From an uncultured virus (IMG/VR IMGVR_UViG_3300030372_003518) (taxonomy: Duplodnaviria; Heunggongvirae; Uroviricota; Caudoviricetes): a stretch of DNA of 20,000 nucleotides. Shown in pieces: positions 1 through 9,188 of this stretch; the first letter of the stretch is position 1, and each line of letters starts with the position of its first letter. The stretch is taken from IMG/VR virus record IMGVR_UViG_3300030372_003518. The stretch is one strand, 5' to 3'. The notes beneath the pieces were generated by a model that worked only from the letters and a program-made list of their open reading frames with translations, made no database searches and was not told the origin of the DNA. The translations under genes were made by a program, and so were the position numbers.

Positions 1-478
1 TAAAAGTGTTTGGATATACTGTAATTTCATCAGCTTCTTGTGTATAAGCTGGAAACGTGGTAGATGGTGAGGTTAACAAGGAGTTATTAAGAAGTGTTAT
101 TTTATTATGTGTAACCTTCTCCGCCTCCCCTTTTAATACTCCTCCTGAAAAACAAAGAACTTTATTTATTAAATAATAATCTGAACCTGTTGTTGCTTCA
201 GAAGGAAGAAAAAAAACATTTTGTGTTTTTTGAGTTAAAAAAGAAGTAATAGAAAATGTATCAATAACCTCTTCATAGCTGAGCTTTATATCCGCATAAC
301 CCGTGCCTGACACACGCATATTCTCTTCATTGATTTGCTCATTATATCTTATAAAATATTCATCAAAAATATCAAGCTGTGCTTGTTTTGCAAATAAGTT
401 AAAATCACCAGGAGAGATATACCCATAGTTATTCTTGTTTATTATAGAAAGAACAGTGTTCCTAACTGAATTTATCAT
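1..478 (-). CDS. Putative virion structural protein (neck/tail-tube region candidate), 3' end runs off the window
   Basis: Not in ORF track; hand-translated from ATG at 478: MINSVRNTVLSIINKNNYGYISPGDFNLFAKQAQLDIFDEYF..., open to position 1 (~159 codons). Preceded by a TATCTTTG promoter-like motif and lies downstream of the capsid genes. Function is inferred from position. Confidence 0.75.
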   Translation of the reverse strand, partial: MINSVRNTVLSIINKNNYGYISPGDFNLFAKQAQLDIFDEYFIRYNEQINEENMRVSGTGYADIKLSYEEVIDTFSITSFLTQKTQNVFFLPSEATTGSDYYLINKVLCFSGGVLKGEAEKVTHNKITLLNNSLLTSPSTTFPAYTQEADEITVYPNTF

Positions 479-494
479 CTTGAAATGTTTTATA

Positions 495-502
495 CAAAGA
501 TA
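495..502 (-). promoter_or_regulatory. Bacteroidota-type -7 promoter element TATCTTTG
   Basis: Matches the TAnnTTTG consensus, 16 nt upstream of ATG 478. The 10-mer TATCTTTGTA recurs at 10249-10258. Confidence 0.65.
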
Positions 503-505
503 ATC

Positions 506-538
506 AAAATAAAAAAGCACCCTGAATTAGGGCGCTTT
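506..538 (-). terminator. Rho-independent terminator after the 93-aa gene
   Basis: Minus strand reads AAAGCGCCCT-AATTC-AGGGTGCTTT followed by TTTATTTT: a 10-bp stem with one G-U pair plus a U tract. Confidence 0.85.
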
Positions 539-567
539 CCTGTCGATAGTAAAGGAAGGATATTTCT

Positions 568-849
568 TTATGCGACTGCAATTCCACTTACAGCATAAGG
601 TAGGTTGTCTACATCATACGCTGGGTTTGTCCAAGAAGTAGTTAAAGCTGCTACAACTGCGGATTCAATAGTGTCTCTTTGCGTTTCATCTCCCGCACCT
701 GCTGTTGCGTGAGTAACAGTGGTTACTTGACCACCTCTATATGTAATTGTTACTGTAGTAGTAGATGCTTGCTCTATTAATACAATTCCGGTAATCGCTA
801 CCAATTGGTATTGCTCTCCGGTTACTGGGATATTTAAAAATTTTTGCAT
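568..849 (-). CDS. Small putative virion protein (93 aa, beta-rich; capsid decoration candidate)
   Basis: ORF track. Thr/Val/Ala-rich, two genes downstream of MCP, flanked by its own promoter motif and terminator. Confidence 0.65.
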   Translation of the reverse strand: MQKFLNIPVTGEQYQLVAITGIVLIEQASTTTVTITYRGGQVTTVTHATAGAGDETQRDTIESAVVAALTTSWTNPAYDVDNLPYAVSGIAVA

Positions 850-877
850 TGTAAAAAAATTAATAGTTAAACTTATC

Positions 878-888
878 GCAAAGTTACG
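878..888 (-). promoter_or_regulatory. Bacteroidota-type -7 promoter element CGTAACTTTGC
   Basis: Contains TAACTTTG (TAnnTTTG). The identical 11-mer occurs at 4484-4494. It overlaps the TAA stop of the 276-aa gene and lies ~30 nt upstream of ATG 849. Confidence 0.7.
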
Positions 889-1714
889 AATTTTTTGCTA
901 ACGATTTTAAATGCTTAAACGACTCCAGCCCATCATCACTTTGAAAGAACGATGCTATTATATACATAGGGTCTTCACCATAAGGCACATTACACATTTT
1001 CTTTTTGTTAGACGGGGTATTAAACCACACTTCACGTTTTTGATTTCTTAACTGCAATAAACCTTTGTCTATTATGTTTTGAATAGAAGCATTAAGTTTA
1101 AGCATTGGGTCTTTAAGTAATCTCATAAACCCACCAGGGTCTCTTTTTGCAAAGATTAATATATCACGTCTTAATTCAGATGTAGTTACAGTGGTAATAT
1201 CTCTTTGAAATAAAACTCTAGCTACATTTTCTACTTGCTCTACATCTAATTGTCTAGCTTCAATTAATGCGTCAACCTCTGTATTAAGGTCACTCACTAT
1301 TTCAGCCGCTTCTTTAGCCTTGTTTATTTCAACAAAAATTCTCCCATTACCTGGGTGTAAAGCTAAAAATTGCTGTAGGACTTGGTTGTTTTTAGGCACA
1401 TACAAAAACCCATCTTCAAAAACGATAGGCTCTAAAATTGCATTATCATCTTGGTCGTCCTGAAAAGGAGAGTTTTGATTTCTTGCGTATCGCAGTGGTC
1501 TGTTAGTACCAGTTTCTTCGTCAAAGTGTAATAAAGGGAATCTGTTCGTGTGTCTTGACGCTAATATAAGCGATAAGGGAGCAGTTTCTCTAGTAAGTTT
1601 ATATGATTTGTCTACGTATTTAGGAGTAGACTTTTTTGGTTGAGGCTTAGTTTTTTTCTTTTTTTTAACTACCTCTTTGGTTTCCTGTGTAGGAATATCT
1701 TTTTCTTTTTCCAT
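884..1714 (-). CDS. Phage protein immediately downstream of MCP (276 aa), function unknown
   Basis: ORF track. Lys-rich low-complexity N-terminus, probably helical C-terminal half, position directly after MCP. Confidence 0.75.
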   Translation of the reverse strand: MEKEKDIPTQETKEVVKKKKKTKPQPKKSTPKYVDKSYKLTRETAPLSLILASRHTNRFPLLHFDEETGTNRPLRYARNQNSPFQDDQDDNAILEPIVFEDGFLYVPKNNQVLQQFLALHPGNGRIFVEINKAKEAAEIVSDLNTEVDALIEARQLDVEQVENVARVLFQRDITTVTTSELRRDILIFAKRDPGGFMRLLKDPMLKLNASIQNIIDKGLLQLRNQKREVWFNTPSNKKKMCNVPYGEDPMYIIASFFQSDDGLESFKHLKSLAKNS

Positions 1715-1718
1715 TGTT

Positions 1719-1738
1719 ATTTAATTTAATTTAATTTA
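1719..1738 (-). repeat. (TAAAT)4 pentamer array in the translation initiation region of the 276-aa gene
   Basis: Plus strand ATTTA x4 at 1719-1738, ending 4 nt upstream of ATG 1714. Confidence 0.7.
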
Positions 1739-1744
1739 AAATTT

Positions 1745-1775
1745 AAAAATAGGAGCACATTGCTGTGCCCCTATT
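1745..1775 (-). terminator. Rho-independent terminator after the major capsid gene
   Basis: Minus strand reads AATAGGGGCACA-GCAA-TGTGCTCCTATT-TTT: 12-bp stem with one G-U pair, GNRA tetraloop, short U tract, 10 nt after the MCP stop. Confidence 0.85.
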
Positions 1776-1785
1776 GAATTAAGTA

Positions 1786-3246
1786 TTAATCTTGAAATAA
1801 GAAGAAGTTGTTTGCACCTAAAGTACATACAGCTCTTTCACTCAAGAAGTTTACTTGCATGTTATCCACATCACTTGTCGCAGCACCACCAGCAGAACCA
1901 GTAATCCACGTTTTGTAACGTCTGTCTTCAGTTTCTGAAGCTCTATATCTAACATGTAAGAAAGGTCTTTTAGCGTTTTTACCAAGAATTTGGTCGTAAA
2001 CACTTGTAGAACCAGCTGGAACTAATAGTCCATTGATTTTACCAGAACCTGCACCTGATGGTAAACCACCTCTCATTGTAGGGTCGTTTAAGTATTTCCA
2101 ATCAGTTTTGTAGAAGTCATAACCTCTTCTAAATCCAGAAAACCCTAGATTTAAAGCCATTTCTTCGTCATTGTCAAATAGACCGTAAGAAGTACCACCC
2201 GCTCCATAAGAGTTTTGAGCAGCTAACATGTCGTCCATATCAAAAATGAATTGTCTGTTTGCGAAAATTACATTTTCTTCTATAGCTCCCTGCTTGTCTA
2301 ATCTACTAATGATAGAGTCAAAATCTGCTAAAGTAGTTGGGTTACCACCATCCCAGATGTTTCCTCTTTGCGTAACTGCGTAGAAAATTCCATCAGAACC
2401 AGCACCTGGGTCTGCTGCCGCTTTGGCGCTACCTAAGATAGCAGCTGCACCTGAGTTTTGCTCAGCTGGTACAGTTTCAATCATTGCTGTTTCTAAATAA
2501 TCATCAAATCTAAGTCTTGTTTCATGCTCAGATTTTAAATACCAAAGGTATCCTGTAGCTCCATCTTCAGTAGTAATTTCTACCCATCCAATTTGAGCCA
2601 TATCAGAACCAGATACATTGTAAGTATCTTTAATGATAATAGGCTTGTTGTCAAAAATGAAGTCATTAGCTTCTAATGAACCTGTCATTCCTGCTGTACC
2701 TTTTTTAAATTCTGAACCGTAAATGAATACAGTAACATCTGCGTTACCTACGCCTGTTCCTGCTGTCACTAAACCACCTGCTTCGTAAAAGTCAGCGGTG
2801 AATTTTCCTGGTACAACCGAATTGTCGACTGCACTAACCACTGCTTTGTTTGAACCAGAGCCATCATTTTGAACAACCATAATTGTTTGTCCTACTCTGA
2901 TTACCTGCTCAGCAGCAGCTGGGTCTAATGCATCATTTACTTGAAATTCTACTTGGTCATCTCCTGCGCCACCAGCGCTTCCCACACTTGTATATTTCGT
3001 GTGTAACCTACCTTGCTCTGCCCATTTGATAAGGTCTGAGTTTGTAGGCATCTCTGCTCCTACCATTCTAAGGAATGAGGAGATTGTTCTATTACCATAT
3101 CTTTCGAATTCTTTTTCGTAAGTATCTGGTAAGTATTGATTTAACCAATCGAAATCCGCATTAGTTAAATAATTTTGAGCTGTTGGAGTTCTTTCTGAAC
3201 TCGGTGTCAACGCATACGTTGGCGTTGATTTCACTTGTCCTGCCAT
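1786..3246 (-). CDS. Major capsid protein (HK97 fold, 486 aa)
   Basis: Follows terminase-portal-scaffold. Contains the E-loop-like 'SDLIKWAEQGRLH', 'DNKPIIIKDTYNVSGSDMAQ', and C-terminal 'VNFLSERAVCTLGANNF', typical of Bacteroidota-phage MCPs. Followed by a strong terminator. Confidence 0.85.
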   Translation of the reverse strand: MAGQVKSTPTYALTPSSERTPTAQNYLTNADFDWLNQYLPDTYEKEFERYGNRTISSFLRMVGAEMPTNSDLIKWAEQGRLHTKYTSVGSAGGAGDDQVEFQVNDALDPAAAEQVIRVGQTIMVVQNDGSGSNKAVVSAVDNSVVPGKFTADFYEAGGLVTAGTGVGNADVTVFIYGSEFKKGTAGMTGSLEANDFIFDNKPIIIKDTYNVSGSDMAQIGWVEITTEDGATGYLWYLKSEHETRLRFDDYLETAMIETVPAEQNSGAAAILGSAKAAADPGAGSDGIFYAVTQRGNIWDGGNPTTLADFDSIISRLDKQGAIEENVIFANRQFIFDMDDMLAAQNSYGAGGTSYGLFDNDEEMALNLGFSGFRRGYDFYKTDWKYLNDPTMRGGLPSGAGSGKINGLLVPAGSTSVYDQILGKNAKRPFLHVRYRASETEDRRYKTWITGSAGGAATSDVDNMQVNFLSERAVCTLGANNFFLFQD

Positions 3247-3273
3247 GATTTTATATTTATTTTAAAATTATTA

Positions 3274-4461
3274 TTAAGTTTTCTTTATACTCTTTATTTT
3301 CAATCCTCGGCTTGAAGGCTGAGAGACTGACTTAACTTGAAATCCTGATTTTACAGAAACCTCTGGAGCATTACGTTCTGTCATATTGACGTTTTTAGTT
3401 TTACGTATTACTTCATCTGTTGCCTGCGACTTGCCTTGTTCATAAAAAAACTGAGCAAATTTTTCAGGATTCATTGCGAGAGCTAAAGCCTTGTGGTAAC
3501 CTTCTGCATCTTTTATAAAACCGTTGCTGTCCAAATATTTATTAATTAAATTTAATGGAGTGGCGTTAGTTTTTTTAATTTCCGCAGCTGTACCGGGGGA
3601 ATAAACCATCTCATCTTCTCCTATTTTGAATTTAAAACCTTTAAACTCAGGAGTGAATAATTCGTCGCTTTTTTTGACAAACCATTCCCTTTTTTGAGAT
3701 GCTTGTTCCTGCTGGGTTTTAGCATTCTCTAAATATTGCCTATACTCAATAAGTTCTTGGTTATTAGCAGTGGCAGAACTTTCTCTTGACTCAAGAGGCT
3801 GTTTGTATTGTTGCTGCTGTTGTTTTAAAAACTTTCTTGCCTTAGCAATCTCTTTTTTCTTTGCTAGCTTTATTTTTTTTATCTCCGCTGGTTCATGTAC
3901 TTCTTCATCAAAAGTAAACTCTTCCATCAAAGAATCAATATCATCAGAATCTAAACCTTCTTCTGTTATTGTTAAATATTCTCTAAGCAAAGCGTCTGGC
4001 GAATAGTCTGAATAATCTTGCTGTAAACGAGCGTAATCATTCATTCCTCTTCCAGTTTCTTGTTTATATTTTAGGTAAGCCGCTACGTCTTTAGGCAAAT
4101 CTTCTGCCTCCTCACGTTTGCTAATTAACTCATCCATTGAGTTAACTTCCTTACCATACCTTTTTTCAATAAATGAAAGAACATCTTCTTCATTAACCTC
4201 GGGTGGCTGTGTAAGCGCCGGAGGCTCTTCTTCAACTGGAGGCGTTTCAGCCTCTTCTTTTATTTCCTCTTGTACTCCCTCCTCTTCTTTTATATCTTCC
4301 TGTACATCTTCCTGTACTTTTTCTTCCTCTTTCACCTGCTCAGCCTCAACAGGCTGTTCAGTAGCTTCTTGTTTTTGCTCGTGCTTTTCTAAAAGCTCTT
4401 GCTCTATTTGTTGAGTAGATTTCTCTTCTACATCAGTTACTTCTCTTACTTTTATATCCAT
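3274..4461 (-). CDS. Putative capsid scaffolding protein (395 aa)
   Basis: Lies between portal and MCP. Very acidic low-complexity N-terminus, coiled-coil-like middle and basic C-terminal tail. Confidence 0.65.
   Translation of the reverse strand: MDIKVREVTDVEEKSTQQIEQELLEKHEQKQEATEQPVEAEQVKEEEKVQEDVQEDIKEEEGVQEEIKEEAETPPVEEEPPALTQPPEVNEEDVLSFIEKRYGKEVNSMDELISKREEAEDLPKDVAAYLKYKQETGRGMNDYARLQQDYSDYSPDALLREYLTITEEGLDSDDIDSLMEEFTFDEEVHEPAEIKKIKLAKKKEIAKARKFLKQQQQQYKQPLESRESSATANNQELIEYRQYLENAKTQQEQASQKREWFVKKSDELFTPEFKGFKFKIGEDEMVYSPGTAAEIKKTNATPLNLINKYLDSNGFIKDAEGYHKALALAMNPEKFAQFFYEQGKSQATDEVIRKTKNVNMTERNAPEVSVKSGFQVKSVSQPSSRGLKIKSIKKT
4251..4317. repeat. Short in-frame coding repeats in the scaffold N-terminus (VQED x2; IKEE x2)
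   Basis: ATCTTCCTGTAC tandem x2 at 4294-4317; CCTCTTCTTTTAT at 4251-4263 and 4281-4293. Confidence 0.7.
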
Positions 4462-4483
4462 TTGATTTGATTTAATTTATTTT

Positions 4484-4494
4484 GCAAAGTTACG
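4484..4494 (-). promoter_or_regulatory. Bacteroidota-type -7 promoter element CGTAACTTTGC for scaffold-MCP
   Basis: TAACTTTG in the intergenic gap ~23 nt upstream of ATG 4461; identical to 878-888. Confidence 0.72.
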
Positions 4495-4509
4495 TAAAAT
4501 ATAGACACA

Positions 4510-6945
4510 CTATCTAGGCTCAAATTCAGCTAAGTCAAACCCATCTAAAGAATCTTCGTTAGACTCAAAGTTTTTAGGAGGTAAATTGTTTTTACGCTGA
4601 TTTATTAACTCAGATTGTTGTGTATTTTGTTGACTAATTCTATCGCTTTTAGCTTTTTCTTTTTCATCTTCCCTGCCACTAATTTGCGATTGAGTTAGTC
4701 CTTGTAGTTGAAGGTTATATTGAAACTCCTGCGCCATTAATTGAGATTTTAATTGAGCTTCTGTTTTTTGTTTTTCAATTTCAAAAGCTATATCTGCCTG
4801 TCTATACTTCATTTTAGCTTGAGTTTCCATTTCTATTTTTTGTGCAGCTACTTGAGCAGCCATTTGTTGAGACTGTAATTGTTGTTGAGATATCACCGCT
4901 TGCTTTTGAAGCTCTCTCTTTTCATCAGCCTCTTCTTTAGCTTTTCGTTTTACTTTTAATAATTGATTAGCTAATTTTAAATTCTTTATCTCTCTTATAT
5001 CAATAGCGTCTTCCAAGTTAATATCCCCTTTGGATAAAGCCATTTGTATGTTCTGTTCAAGCATAGCTTTTTGCTCTTCATCAGGAGAAAGTTCAATAAA
5101 TATTCCAAAATCATAAATATATAGCTGTGCTATATCTCCAAGTATACTTACATTATATTTACCAATTTTATTTATAAAATCTTCTTTAAAGTCAGAATAT
5201 TCTAATACATCTGCTACCCTATAAGTCAGCGCTTCTGCTAACGTTCTATATATGTAAAGACTTCCATCTAATATATGACGGGTAGCAGTGTTAGAACTTA
5301 ATGCAGCTAATTTTTGAACACCTACTAAGGCGTCTGAATTAGCAATTGTTCCATCTCTGGCTTCATTTAAGCCGGTTACAGCTCGAATCATGTCTAAGTA
5401 GTGGTTAAGGTTTGCTATAAGCATTTGTGTCTTAGAAGCCCCTGAATTGCTTGTGAGCTGTTGTATAGGAACTTTACCTTGGTTATAATCTCCTTCCTGC
5501 GTATAACTTCTACCAATTACACTACCAGTTTGGAAATATAATCTTAATGCGTCTTGCGGATTATACGCCGCACCTGTTCCTAAATCTACTTCGTTTAAAC
5601 CATCTGCATCAATATATACTCCATCTGGAACTGTTCTAGCTATTACTTGTTGAAGTTTTAAATGAGTCATTTGGATTAAGTCAGCATAAGGAATCATTCT
5701 CCTTACTAAAGACTCCACTACACCTTTGTACATTCTAGGCGCAACTGCAACATAATTTGGTATTGCATGCTGAGAAGCTGACTTAGGTCTTACCATGTTT
5801 TTAGCAAGCTCCCACTTAAGTATAATGTTAGTCCCCATTACCATCACACCTTCATACCACACGTCTATCGTTTTTTCAATTTTTTCAAAATTTCCTTCTT
5901 CCATCATTTCTTCTGGAGGATTAAATCCATCATCTTTTTCTATCATCTTCATATTACCATTATCGGAAACTTTCTTTTTGTAAACTATTTTTTTAGTTGT
6001 CTTATAATTAAAATACATTAACGTACATGTATCTCTGTAAAAAATATCGTTTTCATAAAACTGTGCTACATTAAAATAGTTAAACCAAGTTTGGCTGTAC
6101 TTTGATATTTTATCTAAATCTTCTCTGGTTAATGTAGGGTCTATTTTATTAAGCTCTGTAATTGGAACAGTTTTAATTTCACCCCAATAAAAACAATCTT
6201 TAAAGTGAGGGTCTTCTGTATAGCTATATACAATATTTGCTGGGTCAACATAAGATATATCTACTCCTGCGCCTGGTAAAAATTCATGTTTAGCTACCGC
6301 CATTCCTGTTACCATTATATCGTAATCTAACCTTTTGCGTATATCATCATAGTGGTTTTCTGCAAACATTGTGTCAATAGCTTCTTCTTCCGCAATTTCA
6401 ATAGCAGGCTTGTAGTTTAAGTTCATATAAAGACTTAACTCTTCATCGCTTGCAGGTAATTCATCGGGATTCATAATAAAAGGGTCAAAGCCTGTCCCTT
6501 CTTGAATAACGCTTAACACATCCTTAGCCGCCATCTGCCCCTCAATCATTTCTTGATATTTATTTCTTTTAGATTGAGACAAGGCGTCTTGAGCATAGGC
6601 GTTTACTTTAAAAAGCCTGTCAGACATTCCGTTTACCACTATATCAACAAATTTTGGAATTATAGGCACAGGTGTCCAATCTAAATTTAGATAAGATAAA
6701 TCCCCATCCACAGCTAGCTCATTTTTATATTTAGCTATAGACTGTTCGCCTCTTGCATAGAGTCTTAATCTATTAAAATCTCTCCATTGTTGATAATACC
6801 TACAACCAGTAGAATCTTTTCTAAACCATTCGTATTGTATTGCTTGTCCAATTTGTAATCCAAACTCGTAAGTTTCCTTTTCTGCGTCTGAGACAAATTG
6901 ACTAGGAAATCCTACAGATGAAATATTTATTGTAACTTCTTTCAT
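4510..6945 (-). CDS. Portal protein (811 aa)
   Basis: Directly downstream of TerL (ATGA overlap). Contains 'PIIPKFVDIVVNG' and 'VTGLNEARDG' segments and a long Gln/Lys/Glu-rich C-terminal coiled coil, as in large podovirus-type/crAss-like portals. Confidence 0.85.
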   Translation of the reverse strand: MKEVTINISSVGFPSQFVSDAEKETYEFGLQIGQAIQYEWFRKDSTGCRYYQQWRDFNRLRLYARGEQSIAKYKNELAVDGDLSYLNLDWTPVPIIPKFVDIVVNGMSDRLFKVNAYAQDALSQSKRNKYQEMIEGQMAAKDVLSVIQEGTGFDPFIMNPDELPASDEELSLYMNLNYKPAIEIAEEEAIDTMFAENHYDDIRKRLDYDIMVTGMAVAKHEFLPGAGVDISYVDPANIVYSYTEDPHFKDCFYWGEIKTVPITELNKIDPTLTREDLDKISKYSQTWFNYFNVAQFYENDIFYRDTCTLMYFNYKTTKKIVYKKKVSDNGNMKMIEKDDGFNPPEEMMEEGNFEKIEKTIDVWYEGVMVMGTNIILKWELAKNMVRPKSASQHAIPNYVAVAPRMYKGVVESLVRRMIPYADLIQMTHLKLQQVIARTVPDGVYIDADGLNEVDLGTGAAYNPQDALRLYFQTGSVIGRSYTQEGDYNQGKVPIQQLTSNSGASKTQMLIANLNHYLDMIRAVTGLNEARDGTIANSDALVGVQKLAALSSNTATRHILDGSLYIYRTLAEALTYRVADVLEYSDFKEDFINKIGKYNVSILGDIAQLYIYDFGIFIELSPDEEQKAMLEQNIQMALSKGDINLEDAIDIREIKNLKLANQLLKVKRKAKEEADEKRELQKQAVISQQQLQSQQMAAQVAAQKIEMETQAKMKYRQADIAFEIEKQKTEAQLKSQLMAQEFQYNLQLQGLTQSQISGREDEKEKAKSDRISQQNTQQSELINQRKNNLPPKNFESNEDSLDGFDLAEFEPR

Positions 6946-9188
6946 CTCATTAATTCACTTAAAATTCCTTTATTATTATATGTTGCAAAGTTAAGGTTTA
7001 TTTTTGATTGTTTTTGTTCAGGTAAATATAAATTCTTTTGATTTGCCATTATCGCTAAGCCTGAACTAATACTTGCATCATATTTAGTTCTACTGCTTAT
7101 ATCAAACCGTGCCCAATCTTCTAAAGTCCTTGTGAAATACATAGAGCCCATCTCCCCTATAGGTCTATATGTAGCATCTAAATCTATGCCTACATATTTT
7201 TCTATATAAGATTCTACAGCAGAGGCATGTGACTGCTTTACATCTTCAGAAGTGTTAGGTATTCCTCCTAATTCTTTTTCCGTTTTAGATAATTTATTAT
7301 AATGTTTATCAGGCCTGTTCATACAAAAACCTCTATATCCTCTATTTTTAAAATGATAAAGCAATCTAGGTTTATTGTTTTCTACAAGTATTGGCATACT
7401 ATAAAACACACAAGCCATTAATACTTCTTCAAAAAATATCTCAGCTGTTTGAGGTCGTGCTACATATTCTAAAAAAAACTCATTACTTGGCGCTTCCTCC
7501 ATGCTAAATTTAGTCAATCCATGCAAAGCACCGTTAGAACCTCCACCACCTACTGTTCCTGATATGTCATAAGAGTCACATCCAAATGCCCCTATATGTT
7601 CGTTAACAGGAAAATACATCCCGTGTTTTTGTATTTTTTTATTAGTTAATATTTTTTTAGGAGTCCACGTTATTTTAAATCTTCCCCTAGAATCTGGTGT
7701 CCAAATTACCTCTGAATCTTTTTGTCCATTTTTCCAGTAAAACCTTCCTCTTGTTACGTGATGCTCCATAATAAGAGAGTCATTATAATCTATTTGACTG
7801 TATATCTTAGTTAAATTAAACAGCGATGACTGACTCTCATCTCTAAATGCGTGAGACTCAGTTCTAGGAAACTGTCTATAATATTCATTAAGTGCATCTG
7901 CATCTTTTTTTAAAGACTCTACTTCTGCTTCCCAATAATCTATCGCTCCCACGGTAATCATTTCATCATCAACCCCTAATACCGGTTTCTCAGGAGTTCT
8001 AAAAACAGGCATTCCATATTTATCTATAAAACCTTCCATGTTCCATTCCATAGGAATAAACAAAGAATATAAACCGCTTTTAGTTTGTCCATTTGCATTA
8101 CGGTTAGCTATATTAGAATCTTCAAATAGTTTCTTAAAATTATCACCACCCTTACTTAGCGCATTAGAGGTAGAGCCCATCATACATTTTCCAATTATTT
8201 TACTTCCAAGTCTCAAACACGTTTTAGTTACCCTCCAGTTGTTTTGAATATTGTTGGGTTTTATCCATTTACCAGATTCATCGTGAACTAATAATAATAA
8301 CTTCTCTCCATCATAAGAGTTGTCGTCAGTATTTTTCCAGTCAATGGTGGTATCTAGCCCTGTTAATTCTTCGTCTACTTCATCATACATATTTTTTTTA
8401 GTAATCTTAGAAGCTGGAACTCTAAACGCTAGTTCTGTTTTAGGTTTATCCATCCCGTCCTGAATAGGTTTAAAAAAGAAAGGAAGCCTATTAGCAATAG
8501 GCACAACTTTATCAGTAAACATTTTTTTTGCATCCGCTCCTGTTTTAGACAAAATACCTACTCTTGAATCTCTAACTAATGTTCCTGTGTTTATACATTC
8601 AGAAGACCCCATAAAAGAAAATCCAGAACGTCTTATTTTTAAATAGTCTAAACCAAAACATCTTTTGTCCGCTTTACACGCTTCCCAATAAATAAAAAAT
8701 ATTCTATTAGCTTCTCTAAAATCAGGATATCCAACATCAATACTTGTCCACTGTAAATACATATAATGAGAGCCGGTTATATAGGTAGGTTTGCCATTAT
8801 TATAAAACCAAAAACCAAACTCTCTTTTATCAAACTCTGCTTCTATGTAATCCACCCATTTAGATTTAAACTGAGGAGGGTGTTCGTTCCACTGAAATAT
8901 AGAATTAATTCTACCAAGCTCTCTTGGAAGCTCATCTCTTTCCCAGTATTGTTTTTCTTTTTTATCGGAACGTTTATAAGCATCTTTAGGAATAGGGGGC
9001 AATCCAATGGCTAATCCATTAACATTTATTATCTCTCCTACTTGTCCACTTTTAGAGATTACTACAAAATCATATTTTTCGTTATACCCGTATAGCCAAG
9101 TGCGAGCTCGATTCTTTTTAGTAAAAACAGCTTTAGGCACATAATCTTTAATTACGTGATATAAATTATTTTGAGCGTCTTTCTGCAA
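6942..9188 (-). CDS. terL: Terminase large subunit (748 aa; start codon uncertain, TTG)
   Basis: Deviant Walker A 'LKIRRSGFS', Walker B 'LLVHDESGKW', coupling motif 'MGST', RNase H-like nuclease 'AFGCDSYD', 'LVENN', and C-terminal 'KYDASISSGLA'. Lies upstream of the portal gene. Confidence 0.92.
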   Translation of the reverse strand: MQKDAQNNLYHVIKDYVPKAVFTKKNRARTWLYGYNEKYDFVVISKSGQVGEIINVNGLAIGLPPIPKDAYKRSDKKEKQYWERDELPRELGRINSIFQWNEHPPQFKSKWVDYIEAEFDKREFGFWFYNNGKPTYITGSHYMYLQWTSIDVGYPDFREANRIFFIYWEACKADKRCFGLDYLKIRRSGFSFMGSSECINTGTLVRDSRVGILSKTGADAKKMFTDKVVPIANRLPFFFKPIQDGMDKPKTELAFRVPASKITKKNMYDEVDEELTGLDTTIDWKNTDDNSYDGEKLLLLVHDESGKWIKPNNIQNNWRVTKTCLRLGSKIIGKCMMGSTSNALSKGGDNFKKLFEDSNIANRNANGQTKSGLYSLFIPMEWNMEGFIDKYGMPVFRTPEKPVLGVDDEMITVGAIDYWEAEVESLKKDADALNEYYRQFPRTESHAFRDESQSSLFNLTKIYSQIDYNDSLIMEHHVTRGRFYWKNGQKDSEVIWTPDSRGRFKITWTPKKILTNKKIQKHGMYFPVNEHIGAFGCDSYDISGTVGGGGSNGALHGLTKFSMEEAPSNEFFLEYVARPQTAEIFFEEVLMACVFYSMPILVENNKPRLLYHFKNRGYRGFCMNRPDKHYNKLSKTEKELGGIPNTSEDVKQSHASAVESYIEKYVGIDLDATYRPIGEMGSMYFTRTLEDWARFDISSRTKYDASISSGLAIMANQKNLYLPEQKQSKINLNFATYNNKGILSELMR
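6985..6993 (-). promoter_or_regulatory. Internal -7 promoter-like element TAACTTTGC upstream of portal
   Basis: Same core as 878 and 4484. Lies within the terL 3' end, ~40 nt upstream of portal ATG 6945. Confidence 0.5.

Noticed and set aside
537..562. TTCCT...AGGAA alternative hairpin and pyrimidine tract just upstream of the terminator (possible attenuator)
   Set aside because: Only a 5-bp stem overlapping two bases of the terminator arm, too weak to support antitermination.
3770..4414. Plus-strand ORFs 3770-4006 and 4118-4414 (Ser/Cys/Phe-rich)
   Set aside because: Antisense shadows of the Glu/Lys/Gln-rich scaffold gene; their composition is the reverse complement of its codons.
5795..9014. 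Plus-strand ORFs 5795-5983, 8038-8247 and 8766-9014
   Set aside because: Entirely antisense to portal or terL, short, with no recognisable motifs or expression signals.
6942..9188. Intein or group I intron in terL or capsid genes
   Set aside because: Frames are continuous with expected motif spacing; no LAGLIDADG/HNH segment or intein C...HN boundaries seen.
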